Assembly: GCA_951406725.2 (NCBI GenBank)
Contig: OX597826.1
Coordinates: 2,852,001-2,916,000, forward strand
Origin: Octopus vulgaris
Taxonomy: Eukaryota
DNA: 64,000 nt
Direction: 5' to 3'
The position numbers and the translations under genes were made by a program. The notes beneath the pieces were generated by a model that saw only the letters and a program-made list of their open reading frames with translations, had not been told where the DNA came from and did not search any database. Of this stretch, positions 56,368-64,000 are shown piece by piece (position 1 is the first letter of the stretch; every line of letters begins with the position of its first letter).

Positions 56368-56459
<92 letters not shown>

Positions 56460-57020
56460 GTATGCATTTATGTATGTATGTATATATGTATGTATGTATG
56501 TGTGTGAGTGTGTATGCGGAGAGAGAGACGCGTCACTCACACAAGTCAGACATCGAAAATGGAGATGAATATTAGAGACTCCATAATTTAGTACATGTGT
56601 GTGGAGAAGAGATCTACATCTATACTCGCATGCATACCAAAAGAAATATGCATTCGCCTGTGTTTGCAAGCCTTTCTCCCCATCTTCTTTTACGCCCGTA
56701 AAGGAAAGAAAATGGATTGCAAAAATATATATTCACTAATGTGTAATAATGTTTTATATTCATGTTCGCCTATGTCTATATTAGTATTTCATTAGTATTA
56801 CCACTGATAACATCTATACATAAGGGATTGTGTGCAATTTGTCAGATATGTCACGAACATTTGTGTGAAAATGGGTTAAGGAAATACAAATAAATTAATA
56901 TAGCACGAAATGTTTTGAGGTTACACTTATATTTGTATTGATTACAAAGATGTAGAAGTAGTAGTAGCAGTAGTGGTAGCAGCAGCAGCAGCAGTAGTGG
57001 CAGTAGTAGTAGTTGTAGTT

Positions 57021-57055
<35 letters not shown>

Positions 57056-57167
57056 TGTAGTTGTAGTTGTTGCTGATGTTGTTGTAGAGATGATGATGAT
57101 AATAATGATGATGATGATGATGATGATAATGAGGATGATGATAATGAGGATGATGATGAGGATGATG

Positions 57168-57229
<62 letters not shown>

Positions 57230-57231
<2 letters not shown>

Positions 57232-58305
57232 TAATCATGGAACATACCATCCGAAAGTTGCTATCAACCGGCTGCACATGAGGAGAGACTAGCGTGGAAG
57301 AAGCTTATTGGCAGTAGAAGAATGTGTACAGATGGAAAGAAAATAAATGTCTAGGAGCATATTTACAGAGCAGCACAGAAAAACTACTAAACTCAGTTAA
57401 TAATGAACAAGTGGTGAAGTGTGTGATAGGAGAAAAGGAGAAGAATGAAATACTAAGAGAGCAGGGGTCAGAGAGATCGAGGAGAAACCTCTGCATGGTC
57501 AGATTGGGAGAACCACTGCAGACGTATGAGGATCAAAGTTCTGAGTTTGGTTAAAAAAAGGGGCAATTAAAAAAAGAAATAGAGAGCGATGAAAATAGCA
57601 AATAAATATATAAAGGGATAAAAATAAACAACTTAAGAAAATATATATGGGGAGAATAATTCAGAAGAATGTAGAGCCTGTGGAAATTGGAAAGAGACAG
57701 TGGCACACATTGTGGAAGAATGCCCCAAGTTGGCATTAAAAGAGACTAAGAAATGGAGGTACGATCAATTTGTAAAAGTTATACACTGGAAACGGTACTA
57801 GAAATGGGAATTTGAAGCTGGATACACATGGTATAATCATCAAGTAGAAGGAGGACTTCGTTTTTGTTCCTTCTCGAGCCATGCCTGGCTCATAAGGCCG
57901 GTTTCCCGTTTTATTGGCGTATAGGTTCCCCACCTGGACGGGACGCCGGTCCGTCGCAGGTGAGCTGCAAGATGCAGGAGGAAAGAGTGAGAGAAAGTTG
58001 AGGCGAAAGAATCAGCAGAAGTTCGCCATTACCTTCTGTCGGAGCCGCGTGGAGCTTAGGTGTTTTCGCTCATAAACACACGCATCACCCGGTCTGAGAT
58101 TCGAACCCGCGATCCCTCTACCGTGAATCCGCTGCTCTAAACACTAGGCCATGTGCCCCCACTATAAGAAGGAGGATTAGAATCGGTGATATGTGAGAAT
58201 GTGTAGGACTCACCAATTCGAACATACAAGAAGTTAGAAAAGGATAGACCGGATATTATAATCATAGATAAGGTGAAGCGAAGTTGCTTACTTATCGACC
58301 AGGCT
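57230..58305 (+). mobile_element. R4/Dong-type LINE 3' fragment interrupted by a SINE
   Basis: HGTYHPKVAINRLHM, EKPLHGQ, ECRACGNWKETVAHIVEECP (CCHC) and DRPDIIIIDK (RLE); it starts directly at an (AAT)n tract. Confidence 0.85.
57856..58166 (-). mobile_element. tRNA-SINE (family C-related head) with a 10-bp TSD
   Basis: TSD AGAAGGAGGA at 57846-57855 and 58167-58176; head TGGCCTAGTG..GGGTTCGAATCT. Confidence 0.85.
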
Positions 58306-58850
58306 CGTAAAGCGTTAGAAGCTTTGCAAAGGCAATGATAACAATAATATTAATAGTGTCTCCGCTGTGCTGCATCTGCAGTAGAGTGGACGAAACCATT
58401 GTCCATATCACGAACGAATGCCCTATTCTTTCCCTAAACCATTAAAAGATGTGACGACACTATCAGGTAGCGAAAGTGCTACACTGGAAACTGCGAAAAG
58501 CGGGGTTTAAAGAGAGGCAAGGCGTGGTATGAGCTTAAACCGGAGAGAGGTGGAGTCTGAGACTAGCAAAATCCTTTGGGATTTCCCAATCCAAACAGAT
58601 CAGGCGCTAGAGCATTACCGAGCGGACCCAGTGGGGGTGGACAAGGTGTACCACATATGTTATGTAGTTGATGTTGCATGCCCCTTTGACCCACGAATAA
58701 TCACGAAGGAAGGCGAAAAGATGAATAAAAACAACACTCTTCAGGTGAAGATATTGCCAATTATTGTTGGGTCCTTGGGAACAGTATCAAAAGACATTAA
58801 AGTGAATATAAAGGAGATTTGAATAGTGTCCAGTAGAACTGTTTCAAATT
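58306..58850 (+). mobile_element. Second R4/Dong-type LINE fragment
   Basis: DETIVHITNECP..RHYQVAKVLHWKL..KILWDFPIQTDQ..VVDVACPFD..PIIVGSLG. Confidence 0.85.
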
Positions 58851-59185
58851 TTCTTTTTTGAGTCCTTTAGACTAACCAGAATTATTAGGAAATTATTAAA
58901 TAACTTATAAGAATGGATTGCACGGCATTGTAGACGGCAGATAGCAAGCCTGCTAGGCGTGTAAAACTCCAGGAGGTCCACAAAACGTGTGATAAAGAGA
59001 AATGATAATAGCTACTGTAATAAAAAGACCGCTTTGCCACGAGGCTAGCAATAGAACGCCAAATAAAGTTAGTTAAAAGTTTCTTCTTCCACTTTTTCTT
59101 GTTTCTCTTCTCCAAATACGCATGTATATATATATGTATGTATGTATGTATGCATGTATATATATATACATACATACGCACATAT

Positions 59186-59247
<62 letters not shown>

Positions 59248-59251
<4 letters not shown>

Positions 59252-59527
59252 GCAGCGTGGAAGGTGCTTACAAGCCATTTAAGAAACACACAAAACCGTT
59301 AGATTCACTTCAACATTTAAATTTAATTTGTCAAAATATCTTCGTCGCGACCTGTTCACTGACAAATCTTCGTGCTGCATCGTGAACAAATAAAATTCAA
59401 ATGTTGAAGTGAATCTAACGGTTTTGTGTGTTTTTTAAATGGCTTATAAACACCTTCCACGCTGCAATTGTTTTCGTTCCAGCACACGATCTCAGATCAA
59501 GTCACTTGCTATGCAAGTACATCTCCG

Positions 59528-59530
<3 letters not shown>
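59248..59530. mobile_element. Inverted-arm element with a central G3-C8 hammerhead-like motif (59327-59366, -)
   Basis: Arms 59248-59325 and 59390-59469; TTTGTCA GTGAACA G GTCGCGAC GAAG ATAT TT TGACAAA; (TA)n on both flanks. Confidence 0.65.
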
Positions 59531-59600
<70 letters not shown>

Positions 59601-59601
<1 letters not shown>

Positions 59602-59888
59602 CACGTGATCACGTGACCGACCAGACCATCAGATGTTGTTACACACCGCTGGTCACAATGCGTTCGCATTGTTTTAGCCTTCGAATGACGCCACCCCGCT
59701 GGCTAAGCGAGCAGGCCAACAGAAGAAAGAGTGGGAGAAAGAGTGGTGAAAGAGTACAGCAGGGATCACCCCGCCCCCTGCCGGAGCCTCGTGGAGCTTT
59801 TAGGTGTTTTTTCGCTCAATAAGCACTCACAACGCCTGGTCTGGGAATCGAAACCGCGATCCTGCGACCGCGAGTCCGCTGCCCTAAC

Positions 59889-59892
<4 letters not shown>
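59601..59892 (-). mobile_element. tRNA-SINE family C
   Basis: Paralogue of 51268-51559. Confidence 0.88.
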
Positions 59893-59939
<47 letters not shown>

Positions 59940-60547
59940 GTTGAAATATATACATATATACAAGAGCGAAAATATGCGACTGTTTAACATGGAAATGCAT
60001 AAATTTAGGTCTGAATAAGAATCAAAATATGGAAGCGCCTCACTCTTGTTCATTCAACAGGTGACATAACAAATATGTGGAAGATATACAGTGAGATAAG
60101 AATAAAATGATTGAAAGAAAACAAAATATTGGAAAATGTAAACACAATATTCAGCAGAAAATTATACAATAAAAGCATACAAGAATTGAATGTCTGGGAG
60201 AGAATACAAGGCCAAGAACTTTTGAAAGATGATTTGTAAACGAGAAATTCGGAGATATTAGGCTAAGAAGAAGAAAAAAAAAAGAAAAACAGCTGATTTA
60301 AGAAGAATCGAAACTTAAATGTCTCCTGATGAAAAGAAATATGCTAACAATTATGTATGAAATATTCATAGGAATTATATAAGCATGTCTCAAACTGTGT
60401 GGGAATTGTAAACACCAGAATTGACGGCGCAGGTGGGTAATGGTAAACCTATTTCATAGTAGACAATGCACACACTCAGAGACACACACACACTCACATA
60501 AACACACACGCACATACACACACATGCACACACACACATATTCTTAT

Positions 60548-60708
60548 ATTTGTTTCAGTGATTTGGCTGCCACCATGCTGGAGCACCGCCTTTAGTGGAA
60601 CAAATTGACCCCAGGACTTATTCTTTTTTAAGCCCAGTACTTATTCTAGCGGTCTCTTATGCAGAAACGCCAAGTAACGGGGACGTAAATATTCCAACAT
60701 CGGTTATC
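60548..60708 (-). mobile_element. Family A SINE 3' half
   Basis: CATGCTGGAGCACCGCCTTTAG..AGTACTTATTCTA. Confidence 0.8.
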
Positions 60709-61233
60709 AAAAAATTCAACAATCAGGCTTCCACAGGAAAGGTGATGTCAAACCGTTTTGGGGGACTCAGAGGGCCTATCTATACTGGAAGACTGCCTGG
60801 AAAAGGGCTGTACTATCAATAGTGCAACGTACAGTACATTAATAGCCAAGAAACTGAAACCAGCAACTGCACAAAAGGCTGAAGCCGATTGTCGAAGGAA
60901 GTTTTGTTGTTGCATGGTAATGCACGCCCAGACACAGCCGCCCAAATCGTTGAAATCATTATTCAGTTGGGCTAAATGCCTCCGTTGAAATTCAGAACCT
61001 GACACACTTTCCGACCTAAGAAATCTGATCACGGCCCTTTGTTCTACTTTTATGAATATTGCTAGTGTGGACGGATACTTAGACTGTAAAGCCAAAAAGG
61101 AAAATGGCGCAATCAGGCTCAAACTTCGATCACGTGGGCACAATAGTACCAACTATAAACATGCATGCGCATAGGCAGTGTGAAAATAATAAGGGTATGT
61201 TGTCGAAAGTGCGGATAATTTTTGACTTCCCCT

Positions 61234-61235
<2 letters not shown>
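60709..61235. mobile_element. Rearranged mariner: DD34D core on +, 5' TIR and N-terminus on -
   Basis: Plus: KKFNNQASTGKVM..DSEG..TINSATY..LLLHGNARPDTA. Minus: EQRAVIRFLRSESVSGSEFQRR, with TIR-like GGAGGGGAAGTCAAAAATTATCCGCAC ending at 61235. Confidence 0.85.
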
Positions 61236-61283
<48 letters not shown>

Positions 61284-61693
61284 TATATGAATTTGTGTGT
61301 GCGTTTGTGGGACAGAGAGGATTTTGAAATCGAAATCGTACGTCAGGAAGGAAAAAGCGGGAATTGAAGCAGATTTGCGTGAACAATGTTTTAAAGAACT
61401 AGAGATATATTTGTCACAACGCGTAGAATTTGATATGTCAAATAAAAAAGAAATACAGTTTCGATATAGAATAAGAGGTGTTTCGTCTGGGAATACCCAT
61501 CTAACTGTCTACCCGTCTGTCTGTCTGTATGTCTGTGTGTGTGGGTGTGTGTCTCTTTCTCTACATACATACATACACACACACACACACATATATATAT
61601 ATATTCATACATACACACACAGTTATCTATTTCTGTGTGTGTGTATATACATATATATACGTATAAGTAGGTATATATACATCTACATACACT

Positions 61694-61767
<74 letters not shown>

Positions 61768-61869
61768 TGAATATAGAGACTTGCACTTATACAAACGTAC
61801 ACATACACACCACACACACACACGCATATACTGATACCTGGATATATATATATATATAATATGTTAAAC

Positions 61870-62100
61870 GTGAAATGTAAAAACAGCAGCATTGTTACAT
61901 CCACACTCTGCCCGTTTAGTGTACATCAAGGAAAGACATCATAGGATGACTTGGAGACTTCATCGAAAAACGTGTAAGAATTTGAAAGCATCAGCTGCGG
62001 AAGAATTGGAAAATCAAATCCTAGAATCAATTCTGGAGAAGGAAAATGATGGAAGGAGATAAGGACATAAGAGTTTGCTGCCTCGCTGTAGTAGTATAGT
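61870..62100 (+). mobile_element. Highly decayed R4/Dong-type fragment
   Basis: RHHRMTWRLHRKTCKNL..ENQILESILEKEN resembles RHD.V..LHW.LC..WYEH.P..VLENE. Confidence 0.5.
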
Positions 62101-62774
62101 ACACCCCAGGTATTTAGTGCATATGTGTATGGTGCATCATCCAACAGATACGTTTCCCCCAGTAAAGGAACTTTAAAAAGAATCAACATATATGTAAATA
62201 TATATGATATATGGGGATAAGATCAATCCCTCATTCGTAGTGAAGTTTTAGAGAAAGAGTGATGTTATATAAATTGGTAAAAAATAGCTGAACAGCTTCG
62301 CACAATTTCCGTGGGTATAGATCACAAAAGAATGTTTTTCGGAAGTACGGATGTGCCTCGAAAAGAAATATCGATAGCAAAAAAAAAAAAGGAAATATCA
62401 ACAAAGAAAAATCATATAAATATACGTAAAATTTACATAGGTTGTGAAGGAATACATCAATAGATTATAAATGGTGTACGAATCGACCCTCACAAATATT
62501 ACCATAGTGTATCGACATTTGTAAAAGGAACGACAACGTTGAGTCTCTTGCAACATTTGGAACTGAAAAGATAAAAAAAAAAACAGAAAGAATCAGAAGT
62601 GAGAAACTCCATAGAGAAAATATCCACCAACGGTGTTTTACATTTCTTTGTGTTTTCTTAAAGGAAACAGAAAAGTACAAAATACAGTGTAATAGAATTC
62701 TTAATATATGAAAATGTATACATATATCTCTGTTTTTGCTATCTATGTGTATATGTATATATGTATAGGTATGT

Positions 62775-62809
<35 letters not shown>

Positions 62810-62855
62810 GTATATATATATATGTATGTATATATATGTATATATACATATAATT

Positions 62856-62897
<42 letters not shown>

Positions 62898-63057
62898 GGC
62901 GTAGGAGTGGCTGTGTGGTAATTAGCTTGCTTACGAACCACATGGTTGCGAGTTCAGTCCCACTCCATGGCGCCTTGGGCAAGTGTCTTCTACTATAGCC
63001 TCGGGCCGACCAAAGCCTTCTGTGAATTTGGTAGACTGAAATTGAAAGAAGCCCGTC

Positions 63058-63110
<53 letters not shown>

Positions 63111-63305
63111 TATATGTATGTGTGTATGTGCTTGTCCCCCCAACATCGCTTGACAACCGATGGTGGTGTCTTTACGACCCTGTAATTTAGCGGTTCGGCA
63201 AAATACTTCGATACGAGGCTTACAAATAATAAGTCTTGGGGTCGATTTGCTCGACTAAAGGCGGTGCTCCAGCATGGTTACAGTCAAATGACTGAAATAA
63301 CTAAC
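62898..63305 (+). mobile_element. Family A SINE, full length
   Basis: Head, body and tail all present. Confidence 0.9.
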
Positions 63306-63439
63306 AAAAATGCATGTATGTATATACATATATATATATATATGTATGTATGTATATATATATATATATATGTATGTAAATACATACATATGTATATATA
63401 TATAATGTATGTAAATACATACATATGTATATATATATA

Positions 63440-63478
<39 letters not shown>

Positions 63479-64000
63479 AAGTATAGGTTATAAACCTCAT
63501 TATGGGAATAATAAATCCAATGAAAATACTGGTTAGTTACTGATCCATAGATAGTTTAACTCTGAGGTAACCATATAAACCTTGGTTCATATATTTATAT
63601 ATCATAAAGAATAAGAAGAAAATGGAGAGGTAATTAATAAAATGTCATTTATTAATTGTAACATATGGCAACTTGTCTGACAACTATTTCCATTCAGTAG
63701 TCTTTAGATAATTCACTTATAAAATTAAATCTTTATAATACGAGTCTCTTCGGAGGTAGTGAAGGTATACCAATTAGAGATACATGTTGAGGTAACGGCT
63801 ATAAACTGTTACCTGATATCATATATACAAAAAGAGTCGGTTATGGAAGGCCTCAATCCAACATAGTGGGAGTGGGCAGTGCATATGTCATATCTTAAAC
63901 AAAGAAAAGAATTCATTAATGTATCATAGGTTATTGAGCAGAACTAAAAGCATACCGTGGCAATTATATATTAACCGACGTTGCCAGAAATGGATAATTT

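Larger units (their letters stand above)
55575..56368. mobile_element. Head-to-head pair of 363-nt hammerhead-containing units (retrozyme/PLE pLTR-like)
   Basis: AATAGAAAT recurs at 55575 and 55938; GAATGCC recurs at 55971 and 56334 (both spacings 363). The arms are about 98% identical reverse complements with (TA)n on both flanks. Confidence 0.85.

Noticed and set aside
55575-56368. Assembly fold-back artefact or protein-coding ORFs (94-111 aa)
   Set aside because: The arms differ at about 8 sites and are differently permuted, which argues against a read artefact. The ORFs have no recognisable motif.
63670-63760. CCGAAGA..GAAATAGTTGTC hammerhead-like spacing on the minus strand
   Set aside because: Stems I and II do not pair convincingly.

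Overview
AT-rich, microsatellite-saturated eukaryotic DNA with no intact protein-coding gene that I can support. The SINE families and (TA)n/(AAT)n/(TATC)n landscape look like an octopod (Octopus-like) genome; this is an inference. Nearly all ORFs in the track are microsatellite translations. The window contains about 20 tRNA-derived SINE copies from four families, five decayed mariner elements, R4/Dong-type and CR1-type LINE fragments, Penelope-like element (PLE) remnants, Helitron-like elements, a 5S rRNA pseudocopy and some possible decayed exons. The main hidden signal is a dense set of minimal type I hammerhead ribozyme (HHR) motifs: about 15 copies from roughly nine unrelated repeat families. 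They include three Watson-Crick variants of the core 3-8 pair (C3-G8, U3-A8, G3-C8), a 363-nt retrozyme-like unit present as circularly permuted head-to-head copies, and a family joining a tRNA-like Pol III head, an (AAT)n tract and an HHR. All structures were read by eye, and no ribozyme activity is shown.
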